DNA of 64,000 bases from Macrostomum lignano (GCA_002269645.1 NIVC01000971.1:41883-105882); one strand, 5' to 3'; positions 39,080 through 50,657 are shown, numbered from the stretch's first letter. Translations and numbers: made by a program. The notes: generated by a model not told the origin, from the letters alone.

Positions 39080-41960
39080 AGCAAAGCACCTACTAGTAAA
39101 AAAGTGGAGTCCAGATTGTCCAGCCAAGCTGCAGACTGAGAGATAAGGTGTCAAAGGCCTAGAGGCAGAGCCTAGTGCCTATAAGTAAATGAGAAAAATG
39201 TCAATCAAAGTGGTACAGCGCACCTGGCCCCAGTGGAGTCTCCCACAAGGTGGGCTGAGCAGCAGGTCAGCAAGCAAGGACCCAGTACCCTGTGCATAGG
39301 CTTGCCAGCAGTGGCCGATTAATATCTAGCATTGACTCTGCAAATTGTAACCTAGGGCTAAGGGCAATACGTAGGTCCAGGCCACCAGCTTAGCATTGTT
39401 CACATGCTTAGAGAACTGGATACTCAAGGCATTGCATAGGAGGTGACAATGGTAGGCCTCTAAGCTCGCCTCACAGCCAGGGTCTGGATTGTGTAATAGT
39501 GTACGCCAGAACAAAAATCCTATCTAAGCTAAATATATACCAACATATGCCAAAACAAAAAATTTCCCTAAAATGTACACCAAAAGTTCTTCCTAAAAAG
39601 GTTATTTGGTTTTCACAAGTAGAGTTTTCTAAGGCTCTTGTACAAAAAGTCTTAAAATTTAAATATTACAAATATTTTCATTTTAAACAAACTTAAATTA
39701 AACCTACAAAAAATAATGCAAAATTTATATTCTTAGCAATCATTTACACTAGTTTTATTTATTGTTAATTCTAAAAAAGCAAAAAGTTTTTCACTGACTT
39801 TCTAGACTATACAAATTTTCCTTCATTTATATAAAAAGGTTAATTTACATTACAATTTTCATACATGACATGAATTTGGTAGGCCTATGGCAAAAAAATT
39901 TCAAGCTCAAAATGGTACGCCAAAATAGCCAAGCTCAAAATGGTATGCCGGAAAATTCTGGCTTACATGTAACCTTCCTGAGTATGGCTCATAGGTGATA
40001 GTCATAGCCTATAAATTAGTAACATTGCATCTCAACTGCCAAGTGGAAAAGGGCAACCTTCAGGCTGTTAATGCAAGACAGTTAGTTGAAGATAGAATAA
40101 AAAAAGGTAGGAGGCCTGCTATGCTAGCTGCTTGCCTTGCGGTTGTTGACAATGGCATCTAGTTCAATGACCAAGATACCAAGATATTTTAACTAGTTGC
40201 ATGGGGCAATGATATTGCCATCTGGTAGAAGCAACAGTAGAAAGTTGGCAATGCCAACATCTGTGTCTTGCCATAGTTGATGTGGAGCCCTATATACTTC
40301 CCCTTGTTAGCCAGCCAACTCACCACCTTCTGCATAGCTTCTAGGCTATAGCAAGTTAGTGCCAAGTTGTCAGTGTAGGCAAGGCATGTTAGCTTGCTTG
40401 ATACAGAGAAAGCAAGAGCTATGGTAAGGCATCACTTCATAGCCATCTTTGTTGCTTAGAACCAGCTATATGCCCTATTGGAATAAATGTTAAAAACCCG
40501 CGGACGCGCGCTTTAGAAAAGAGTCAAACTATTTTACCGCGCTTTAGGATTCCGAAAGATCTGCAGTTTCGCCGAAATCAAAATTCGCTAACTTTCCAAA
40601 ATCAAAATTGAAATTTCCCGAAATCATAATTCAGAAAAACAAAGTTTAGTATGATCAACACTCACTTTTTTACTTTCAATTTACTGCTTAAGCAAAAAGT
40701 AATACATGTATATGTAGTAGAAAGTAGTTTATTTTTAATTTTTTAGCGACTTTTTAGACACTACCAAAATTTTCACTTCTAAATTTTATTTCAAAATTGA
40801 AATTCGCTCTAAAAAATTTCAAATTTTGGAAAATTGAAATTGAATTTTCGGAACATCTCTAAGCTTAATAAATTACGAGTGTATAAGCCCTTCAACAGAG
40901 GTATTATACCCATTTCCATGTATATGTATTTGCTAGAGCAGCAGCCAGTAAGAAAGGGCAGCGCGCGCAGGCGCTGCGCCTGTGCGCGCGCTGCGCTTTA
41001 GAAAAATTTCAAAAGTGCGCCGGACACCGTCCGCGGTTTTACAACTTTTTCCTATAGGGGCTATATGATGTAGTTGATTAGGATAACAAATAGAAACAGT
41101 GATAGGATATTGGACCCTAGATATGGTGGCAAATTCAGATCTAAGGCTGTGGTCGGTCTGGACAAAAGCCTTGGACAACCTATAAAGGTCCATGATCACC
41201 TGAACCAGCAGCTAAGGAATTTCATGCTGCTGGAGAAGCCAGGCAATGGCCTCCCAGCTGACAGAGTCAAAAGCTTTGTAGAAATCTATAAAAACAATTT
41301 AACCTTTTCACAAGTCTCATAGATGTCAATGATACACTAGATTGCAGTGACTTGTTCTGCTATTGACTATCCAGGTCAAAAGCCACTCTGAATATTGAAA
41401 AGCCTCTAGCTGATGATGGGTTAAATGTGGTTTTGAAGGATACTGTTAAAGACGTTGGCCAAAGTGCACATTAGGGCGATGCAAATTGTTGAGGCTATTA
41501 GAGTTGCTCTTCTTGGGGATAGCACAATCTTAGAAGTTCTCTATCACTTTAGGGCATTAGCAGTTGAGTCCCTGTCTAGGCAGCAAAAGTGGTTGAGGAT
41601 TCCAATGATCAATGATAAGCAATAGCTTAGACACCTTTAGAACATGCAGTAGGATGTCATCAATTCACACTATTGCATCAGCCCGCATGGTTCTTTGGGC
41701 CTTGGAGACTTCATCTATAAAGATTAGAGGGCAATTAAAGTCAGATAGGCAGGCAATTAGAAAGTCAGCAAGTAGGCAAAGAGCAGTGCTGGGAGCTAGG
41801 GCATTGAGCGGAAGATAGAAATGGCCCAAAATCATTTGTAGGCAATGCTTGATAGAATCAACATTGATATTAGCATTCAGCATGGCTTGCCATCCTGAGG
41901 CAGTTGATAGTGCACTAGGCCACAGCATGATAGCAGTTGTCAATGGCAGCCTTGATCTCC
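39080..41960 (-). mobile_element. RTE-like LINE RT region, strongly CpG-depleted, interrupted by later insertions
   Basis: IPKK.N, IALMCTLA.VFN.IL, QSGF*PG*S, LAYTDNLAL.C.S.EAMQ (YADD equivalent at 40366-40377), GLHINYGKTQ, KYLG, EAYH..LL..AL, LIGHCW. Confidence 0.85.
40472..41061. mobile_element. CpG-rich MITE inserted in the decayed LINE
   Basis: Imperfect ~33-bp TIR ccctat.ggaa.aa.gt..aaaaccgcggacg; flanked by tatat on both sides (TSD length ambiguous). Confidence 0.75.
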
Positions 41961-43842
41961 ATTACAGCTTCTTAAGTAGACAGCTTAGTAGCTTGGATGC
42001 TTAGCAGCTTAGCAGCTCAGCAGTAGCTTTGGTATTTAGGGCCTAATATATATATTAAGTTTACTAGGCCTAGCCTATCAAAATAAATTGTTAATTATTT
42101 CTAGCTGCTATATGCCTTATGGCAAGCAATATTTTTGATGCCTTAATTCTATAAATTTATCAATTTGTGTCATTATAGTATCTATGGTTATATTTCCTAT
42201 GATAGGCCTAATTCTTAGGCATATTATCAGTACATGGTCTAGTCTAGAGTAGATAGGCCTATTGCTAGATGATCTATCAAAATATTATTTATCAAAAAAC
42301 TTTCACTAAAGAGTAACACTATTAAATAGAAAAATATTACATTGAACTTAGTTTATTATAGTACAGAATAATAGCCATCTATGGTATATGCCACTGCCAC
42401 ATATAATGCCAGGCATGCTTATCATATTATGGATCCTATTATATGTATGCTGGAAAGTATTTGGCTATCTGGTATTAGACTTATGGCTATGACTTTCACA
42501 ATTCAACCAAAGAAAGAGATGTCTCCCCTACTGTCGCTTCTGCATATATTTATATTTGTGCTAGCTGGTTAAGCCCAGGGGTATCGCTACCCCAGGCCCA
42601 GCTAGCCAAAATTACGATCGTCTTACGGGTGCACTAGGGCCGCAGCCAGCCAAAGCCAGCTGGCCTAACAGGCAGTGGGGTGGGTGCAACTAGAGGGGGG
42701 TTGACGCAGACAGAATGGGAGGGGTTGGCGCAGGCACGCGGCCGGGGGGTGGGAGTGCAGAGCTGGGCACACTTTGACCAAGAGCCAGAGATTGCTCATC
42801 GGTGCAAGTGCACCCGGGCACAATATTATACATTGCGCCGCAGACTTGAACAAGTATAGTTAAGACCATTTTTAATGTACAGACTTACAAGCCAATGATT
42901 GTGCTAGAAATTGATATTTCCTCCTTGTATGCCAAACAAAGCCTGAACTAAACTAGCAGCTCACTACAGGTATATTGTAAATAGGATTGGTATAGGCCTA
43001 ATACAGCACATATGCACAAAATCCTTCTAGTTTTTGTGTTTATCTATCTATCTATCTATCTAATACTTTGTACAATATGCTAGGCCTATTTAAATTGCTT
43101 CAAAATTGTAGTCACCTTAATATTGGCTCAAGTAGACAGGCTTTGAAAGTAAGGATAGTATATCAGTAAGAAAAAACACAATAAGAAAGCTTAGTCTTGG
43201 TCTATCTTTAAGAACTAAAATTGCCAGATTTGTGAATAAGCCTATTCTATCTAATGAATGCAAAATATATTAAAATAATACTGGCTGATTAGAACTGGGC
43301 TTAATAAAGTGCCTGTCAATAGGTTTCTATTGAGCTCATTATCAAAAATATCCTTACTATTCTTCATCAAACTTGGCTTCATGCATTTTATATGTACTTT
43401 GCTTGTTTAATATCATTTTTGTAATTTTGGTTTTTTTGCTTTGTTTTGTTATTTAGGCTTATGTTACCTATGATATATTATTTTATTGCTAAGCATCTTC
43501 AATTAGGGGCAGTCTAATTCTTGTGCCACCAGTGACCCCTGGTTTGATTCCAGGTGCGAACACAATTCATTCATTTGGGGCTTGTGCACAAAAATATTGC
43601 AGGCTTGATTGAGTTGTTGTGCAATTCACAGCCATTAGGGCCAACTCAAAGACAGAGTGTACATGTGTGATGATTAGAAAGTCAAAGGGCTGATGTACAC
43701 TCTGTGTGAGCGTGTATATGAGTATGTGCCTGAGTATAGTAGCCACACAGTATGAGCAGAATTGCCCTAGTGCTGGTAGCTGGTTGCAGGATGTCACATT
43801 ACAAAATGAGTGATAAAGTGAGTAAATATAAAATACTTCAGA

Positions 43843-46800
43843 ATGAGCCGCTATCCGCGCTGGACAGGCCGCAATGCTGACTGCTATGCTTGGATTGGCC
43901 AGCCAGCCAGACTGACTGTTGCCAGACCCGAGCCAATAGTAGAAAGCAGACAGGCTGCTAATGAAAATCAACAGCCAGCCGATGCTGCCAATCTACAGGA
44001 CTGCTACGTGATTGACAGGAGTGGCGCGTTCGAGTTAAGCACTGGGGCTGATGACTTTGTTCCCGCTAGGCTGCTGTTACACGCTGAGTTTCTCGCTGCA
44101 CCAGCCAGTGATGAGGACCTTGCCGATGATGCTGATGAGCCTGAGGCAGCGAAACTCTTTGAGCAGCTGCTCCATGGACTGCCCTGGCGGACATCTGCAG
44201 AAGAATTAAGGTGAATATTTGAGTCTAAGGCAGGGGTAGCAATCCGGCCCTCTGATGAGCTTAGATTCTTTATCTGGCACTTTTAGATAAAAATGTTTGC
44301 TAAAACCCTACTCTAAGACAATTGACTGCCAACCTAGCCTTAAACAGTGTTGGGCATTAACTCGTTAAATATTTAACTCTTTGTTGACGAAGTTAATTTT
44401 TTTAATCAACTTTGCCCAACACTGTCCTTAACCCTAACCTAACCTCCAATCCTGAACTTAACCTAAACCTAGCCTAAACCCCAAGCCTACCCGTAGCCTA
44501 AACCCTAAACCTAACCTTCAATCCTCAACTGAACCTAAACCTAGCCTAAACCCCAAGCCTACCCGTAGCCTAAACCCTAAACCTAACCTTCAATCCTCAA
44601 CTGAACCTAAACCTAGCCTAAACCCCAAGCCTACCCGTAGCCTAAACCCTAAACCTAACCTTCAATCCTCAACTGAACCTAAACCTAGCCTAAACCCCAA
44701 GCCTACCCGTAGCCTAAACCCTAAACCTAACCTTCAATCCTCAACTGAACCTAAACCTAGCCTAAACCCCAAGCCTACCCGTAGCCTAAACCCTAAACCT
44801 AACCTTCAATCCTCAACTGAACCTAGCCTAAACCCCAAGCCTACCCGTAGCCTAAACCCTAAACCTAACCTTCAATCCTCAACTGAACCTAAACCTAGCC
44901 TAAACCCCAAGCCTACCCGTAGCCTAAACCCTAAACCTAACCTTTAATCCTCAACTGAACCTAGCCTAAACCCCAAGCCTACCCGTAGCCTAAACCCTAA
45001 ACCTAACCTTCAATCCTCAACTGAACCTAAACCTAGCTTAAACCCCAAGCCTACCCGTAGCCTAAACCCTAAACCTAACCTTTAATCCTCAACTGAACCT
45101 AGCCTAAACCCCAAGCCTACCCGTAGCCTAAACCCTAAACCTAACCTTCAATCCTCAACTGAACCTAAACCTAGCTTAAACCCCAAGCCTACCCGTAGCC
45201 TAAACCCTAAACCTAATCTTCACCTCCAACCCTAAACCTAACCTAAAACTCTTAATTCTCTTTAAGCTTTTCAATTCCTGCAGTAGTATTTTTAAAATCT
45301 AATTTCAACAGCATGGGAAAGCGTCGACCGCAGGCGTGCCAGTTTGGCGAGCCGTTCGCTTCCCACCAACCTGCGGACTCGGCAAGCGTTAGCCGCGATT
45401 GGCCGCTGTCCGCCCTGCGTCAGCTGCGTCATCGGCTTGGCAATCGGCTTGGCATTGAGTTCAACTCGGTCGTCTGCCGGCTCTACCGGGACTGCCGCGA
45501 CAGCTCTGATGATGTTGATGGCGGGGACTGTCCGAGTTTGGGCCGGCATCCCAGCATTGCCTGGCTAGTGCTGGGTCGGTGCGGCCTGCGGTTTCGTTTC
45601 ACGCAGCGGCCTGGTCGCAGGTGAGCACTGTAATCACTCCCTAAGCAATATTACCTGAGCTCCTCTGATCACTCCCTAAGCCACATTCCCTGAGCCTCTG
45701 ATCACTCCCTTAGCCTCTGATAACTCACTGAGCCTCTGATAACTCCCTGAGCCATATTCCCTGAATCTCTAATCACTCCCTGAGCCTCTGATCACTCCCT
45801 TAGCCTCTGATCACTCCCTGAGCCATACTCCCTTAGCCCCTGATCACTCCTTTAGCCTCTGATTCCCTGAGCCATATTCCCTGAATCTCTGATCACTCCC
45901 TGAGCCTCTGATCACTCCCTGAGCCATATTCCCTGAATCTCTAATCACTCCCTGAACCTCTGATCACTCCCTTAGCCTCTGATCACTCCCTTAGCCTCTG
46001 ATCACTCCCTGAACCATATTACCTGAATCTCTAATCACTCCCTGAGCCTCTGGTCACTCCCTGAGCCTCTGGTCACTCCCTGAGCCTCTGGTCACTCCCT
46101 GAGCCTCTGGTCACTCCCTGAGCCTCTGGTCACTCCCTGAGCCTCTGGTCACTCCCTGAGCCTCTGGTCACTCCCTGAGCCTCTGGTCACTCCCTGAGCC
46201 TCTGGTCACTCCCTGAGCCTCTGGTCACTCCCTGAGCCTCTGGTCACTCCCTGAGCCTCTGGTCACTCCCTGAGCCTCTGGTCACTCCCTGAGCCTCTGG
46301 TCACTCCCTGAGCCTCTGGTCACTCCCTGAGCCTCTGGTCACTCCCTGAGCCTCTGGTCACTCCCTGAGCCTCTGGTCACTCCCTGAACCTCTGGTTACT
46401 CCCTGAGCCTCTGGTCACTCCCTGAGCCTCTGGTCACTCCCTGAGCCTCTGGTCACTCCCTGAGCCTCTGGTCACTCCCTGAGCCTCTGGTCACTCCCTG
46501 AGCCTCTGGTCACTCCCTGAGCCTCTGGTCACTCCCTGAGCCTCTGGTCACTCCCTGAGCCTCTGGTCACTCCCTGAGCCTCTGGTCACTCCCTGAGCCA
46601 TATTCCTCCTGAGTGATATCACTGCATGATCACTGAATTAACTTTATTTTAGCCAATCCTCAATCTGCGCAAACTCTACCCGCACGCAACCGTGCAGGCT
46701 GCGCCACCCTCTATCGCCCGTTATCGACGTTCACCTGCCCCCTGGCGGACTTCTACTCGCTCGCGGCTCCCTGCTTCGCGACTGGCGCATCCAGCTGCCG

Positions 46801-48343
46801 CCGGACCCAACAAGGTCGCAGGCGTGCGCGGCTCTGCTGGCATTCCGTCTGGTTGTGTCGCGGCCCAGAGAGCGTCTCACTGTTGTGCCGGATCGCAGCC
46901 ACCGATCGGCGCTGTCGGAGCGACACGGCTGCCTACCAGCCGAGATGTGGTTCACCCGGGCCGGGCTGGCCAAGCGCACTGTTGGCTCGGCAACTAAAGC
47001 TTTGTACGCTTGGGCCGACTGGCTTAGGCCTGGCGAAGGTTGCGAAGGCGTCACCTGCAAGACCGTGCACTTTTCGGCTGATGGCGGCGTCTGGCCTGAT
47101 TGGATGGCTCGGCTGGCAGCCGCGGTGAGCAGCGTCACTGACAATGCCAGACAGGGCCTGCCCAGTTACTCCTATGTGGATGCGCTTCTCATGCAGCGGA
47201 TTAATGACCACCTGCCGTGGCAGCCGAGTGAGATTGGCCCGTTTATGGCTGTAGTTGCCATGGGCAATGAGGAGGTGAGTCTGCCACTCACTCAAGTCAG
47301 TCAGTCAGTCAGTCAGTCAGTCAGTCAGTCAGTCAGTCAGTCAGTCAGTCAGTCAGTCAGTCAGTCAGTCAGTCAGTCAGTCAGTCAGTCAGTCACTCAA
47401 GTCAGTCAGTCAGTCAGCCAGCCACTCACTCAAGTCAGTCAGTCAGTCAGTCAGTCAGTCAGTCAGTCAGTCAGTCAGTCAGTCAGTCAGTCAGTCAGTC
47501 ACTCAAGTCAGTCAGTCAGTCAGCCAGCCACTCACTCAAGTCAGTCAGTCAGTCAGTCAGTCAGTCAGTCAGTCAGTCAGTCAGTCAGTCAGTCACTCAA
47601 GTCAGTCAGTCAGTCAGCCAGCCACTCACTCAAGTCAGTCAGTCAGTCAGTCAGTCAGTCAGTCAGTCAGTCAGTCAGTCAGTCACTCAAGTCAGTCAGT
47701 CAGTCAGCCACTCACTCAAGTCAGTCAGTCAGTCAGTCAGTCAGTCAGTCAGTCAGTCAGTCACTCAAGTCAGTCAGTCAGTCAGTCAGCCACTCAAGTC
47801 AGTCAGTCAGTCAGTCAGCCACTCAAGTCAGTCTCTGCCCCCATCCAGGTGCGCAGGCCCCTGGAGATGCGGCGCCGGGCCGAGTCCGATGCCGACAGCA
47901 CGGCGGAGGTGCGCGGGCAGCTGCGCTCGGCCAGCGTTGTACTCGGCGCCGGCGACGTGTTGAACCTTCGGCACGGCTTCTTCCGTGACTGGCAGTTCCG
48001 CTTGCCGAGGCACCGTCAAGGCAGCGGCGGTCGCGGAGTGCTGTTCCTGCTGTTCCGGCTGTCGGCTCCAACGTCGGCGACAGCTCAGGCTGGTGATGCT
48101 GAAGCAGCTGGATTGCGGCACACGCAGTCGAGCGTCAGGAGCAGCAGCGGTGTCACTCTGCGCACAGAGCCGGAGGCGTGTCCTCACCTGTGCAAGTGCT
48201 GCGCTCGCTGCTCTGAGGCTGTCAGCCTGCTGGATCTCGGCGGCAGCGGCAGGTACGCCGGCAGTGGATTGTCGTGTCCGCTGTGCTCTAAGGAGGCGGC
48301 CCGCAGTGTCAGACTGAGCTCAGCTGCTGCCGCTCTGGCTTGA
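43843..48343 (+). CDS. Tandem two-domain ALKBH3-like protein lacking catalytic residues, with Cys-rich C-terminus; exons 43843-44210, 45312-45620, 46653-47274, 47849-48343 (~597 aa; start tentative)
   Basis: Domain 1: VIDRSGAFEL, EQLLHGLPW, FNSVVCRLYRD.RDS, PSLGRHPSIA, L..GGLLL.RG....DW, AFRL. Domain 2: DHLPW..SE.GP.MA.VAMG, RPLEMRRR, L..GDVL.L......DWQ.RLP, LFRL. Four exons with canonical GT-AG sites, consistent phases (2,2,0) and no internal stops. Confidence 0.85.
44345..44424. mobile_element. 80-bp hAT-like mini element
   Basis: 12-bp perfect TIR CAGTGTTGGGCA/TGCCCAACACTG; degenerate 8-bp flanks gccttaaa/tccttaac. Confidence 0.6.
44425..45250. repeat. 72/66-bp tandem repeat built from telomere-like CCTAA/CCCTAA(A) motifs, ~11 copies
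   Basis: Unit cctaaacctagcctaaaccccaagcctacccgtagcctaaaccctaaacctaaccttcaatcctcaactgaa. Confidence 0.92.
45630..46600. repeat. 19-bp minisatellite (cactccctgagcctctggt); degenerate 5' half, ~29 near-perfect copies in the 3' half; fills intron 2
   Basis: Seen directly in the sequence. Confidence 0.95.
47285..47832. repeat. (GTCA)n microsatellite with ccactcactcaa interruptions; fills intron 3
   Basis: Seen directly; it accounts for the VSQS run in ORF 46855-47988. Confidence 0.95.
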
Positions 48344-49084
48344 TCAGCTTGGATGTGAAATCTCTAATATTAAATTTAGTGCCTTAGCTACTGAGACTGT
48401 GATACGTGTTGTAAATCTGATATTATTGTTTGTATCCATTTTTTTCCTTTTTGGTGTTCTGATTATTTATTTATCAGAGATATTTTACTTAATGGATTAA
48501 TACCACGCTATTTCAAATAACAACTTTTTATCGAATTTTACAGCTGCTTTTTTATCCTTAATTGCTTCCCGAAATATTTTAGCTGCTTTTTGTTGAGTAG
48601 CCAATTTATTTATAGTTTAGTTGTGTTGTAAACTGTACTTTGTTGTCCGTTTTCAAAACTTTTCCGTTGTATTATTTTTAAATATACAATAAAGTGTCTA
48701 CATAATTTTAGATTGCATATATGGTAACGTCTTAGTCTTGTTTCTTTATTTGTCGGAAAGCGAATATAACGCGTAGTGCGGTTGTAGGCTTAAACTTTTC
48801 GTAGCCTAATATATATTAAATACTAGGGGTGTTGCAGAAGTTTCCAGACTCTCAACTGTACGTCATTCTGCTCACAGTGACACCAGAAAGCTGGATTTGT
48901 AAAAAAGGGACAAAAATTGGACCCGGAATAGGAGAGAACAAGCAAGGGGATAATTAGGGACTCCAAATGAGTTTAAGTTTACATAATAAGTCCCTAATTA
49001 TCATCTATGAATCATCATCTATCAGCAATGTTTCTATTACAAAGTAAAATGACTAGGTAGCTTTTATTCAGATGTGTAAAATAA

Positions 49085-49672
49085 ATGGTTAATATTTTGC
49101 CTTCCATGCGACTCGCAACAATGAGCGACAAGCAAAAGCAGAATCAAAATGGCAGCGAACTAACCAAGGTGCTGATGGGTGGCTCCTTAGGCGTGCCAAT
49201 CATGCTTGGCTATTACTCATTGATGCTGCCGAGGTTCACCGTCTGGCTGGCTATCGATGCCCAGCAGGCAGCTGATCCAGTGTATAGGCTGGGCCTCGCT
49301 CTGCGCTGGCTAGCTCCCGTGTGCCTCACTGTGGTTGCCTGCATACAGGCTGTGGCCACCTGTCGGATGTTTAATCCGTCCATTGACGGCAGGACGCCTC
49401 ATCGAATGACAGATCTTTGGCGCAGCATCCTGCAGAACACGCTTGAGCAGGCAATGGTGCTGACGCTTAACTTGCTGGCTATGTCGCAGAATCTGCCATC
49501 GGAGAAGCTGGCGGTTGTTCCTATGGCTGTTGTGCTGTTCATTGTTGCTAGGGTGATCTTTGCTATTGGCTACATCATTTGGCCGACAAGACGAGCTCTG
49601 GGCTTTAGCCTCACCCATCTGCCCAATGTGGCTATGACTGCCTACAATGTTGGCTGTTTGCTTCGCTTCTGA
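49085..49672 (+). CDS. Intronless TMEM79-like / MAPEG-superfamily membrane protein (start may be 49106 or 49121)
   Basis: Several hydrophobic helices; LQNTLEQ, NLL..S..LP...L..VP....LF.V.RVIF.IGY.....RALGF.LT.LP resemble TMEM79/MAPEG motifs. Confidence 0.7.
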   Translation: MVNILPSMRLATMSDKQKQNQNGSELTKVLMGGSLGVPIMLGYYSLMLPRFTVWLAIDAQQAADPVYRLGLALRWLAPVCLTVVACIQAVATCRMFNPSIDGRTPHRMTDLWRSILQNTLEQAMVLTLNLLAMSQNLPSEKLAVVPMAVVLFIVARVIFAIGYIIWPTRRALGFSLTHLPNVAMTAYNVGCLLRF

Positions 49673-50244
49673 AAGAAGTCCAAATTTCAACAATTGCAGT
49701 GTCCTTGATTTTCTACCTTGAACTTGCTATAGAAACAGATTCAGATCAGTGCTATCATCAGTTATCATTAATAGAAAGGTTATTATAATCTTTTTGATTA
49801 GATTTTGATTCAGATTCAATTAAGAAAAGAACAATTCTTTTAACGTTATATTCATCAGCATTGTTTAACATTCCAGTTTGTATTATTTTTTTACATCTTG
49901 ACGCTCTTGATTTTGATAATAATTTTGGTAAAATGAAATGTGAAATAAACGTATGTATACTCTTAGATAGAGTGAAGGGCGAAGATTGGATGGATTGAAG
50001 CTTCCGCCCGGTTTTAATTGTTTTTTTCAAGCATTTTTTATATCAAAATGGTTAGCCAGGTGAAAGACGCTGGTCGAAAGACACACTGCTCACTGGGGCA
50101 AAGGGTGGCGACTTTTCAATGTTGCTGAGTATATACCCTACAATATAGAGTTGTTAAGAGTTGTTAGTAGGGTTGTTATGTAGATCCCCAATTTGAAAAA
50201 ATGAAGTAAATGAAGTTATTGAGCTTATCATAGTTAAGGGGGTT

Positions 50245-50565
50245 TTAGGCTAGGGGTTGGAGCGTCGGACTCACGACTTGAAGGTCGGGGGTTCGATTCC
50301 CGATCCCACTAGAACAATTTGTGTCCTTGAGCAAGACGCTTAAATCTGCATCGCTTCAGTTCACCCAGCTGTAAAATGAGTGACAGCTTTAGCTGGGGTA
50401 GTTGAGGGTGTGTGGCGACCCCCCCCCCAGTCCTTGGATCCTTAGATTGAACAGCCGTACGCAGCCTTCAGATGCGCCGTGCAATAGCTGCGGCTGAGCT
50501 GTCGGTCGCACATCTGCCCAATTGGGCAGGTGTAATCAATTATTATTACTATTATTATCATTATA
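50245..50565 (+). mobile_element. tRNA-derived SINE with a CORE-like central domain
   Basis: B-box ggttcgattcc; tgtgtccttgagcaagacgcttaa...cttcagttcacccagctgtaaaatgag resembles the MIR CORE consensus; (TTA)n tail. Confidence 0.75.
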
Positions 50566-50657
50566 GTTAAGAATATGAATATCGATATCTGCATATCGAT
50601 TGTATTGTATATTGCTCGACAATTTCTTTCAGCTGTTCAGTTTATAACTAGACAGAC

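Noticed and set aside
44425-45250. True telomere or chromosome end
   Set aside because: It is intronic, a higher-order degenerate unit rather than pure (TTAGGG)n, and unique sequence continues on both sides.
38490-48343. Functional link between the CpG-depleted domain and the adjacent ALKBH3-like gene
   Set aside because: Adjacency alone is not evidence; the protein appears catalytically dead and would act in trans.
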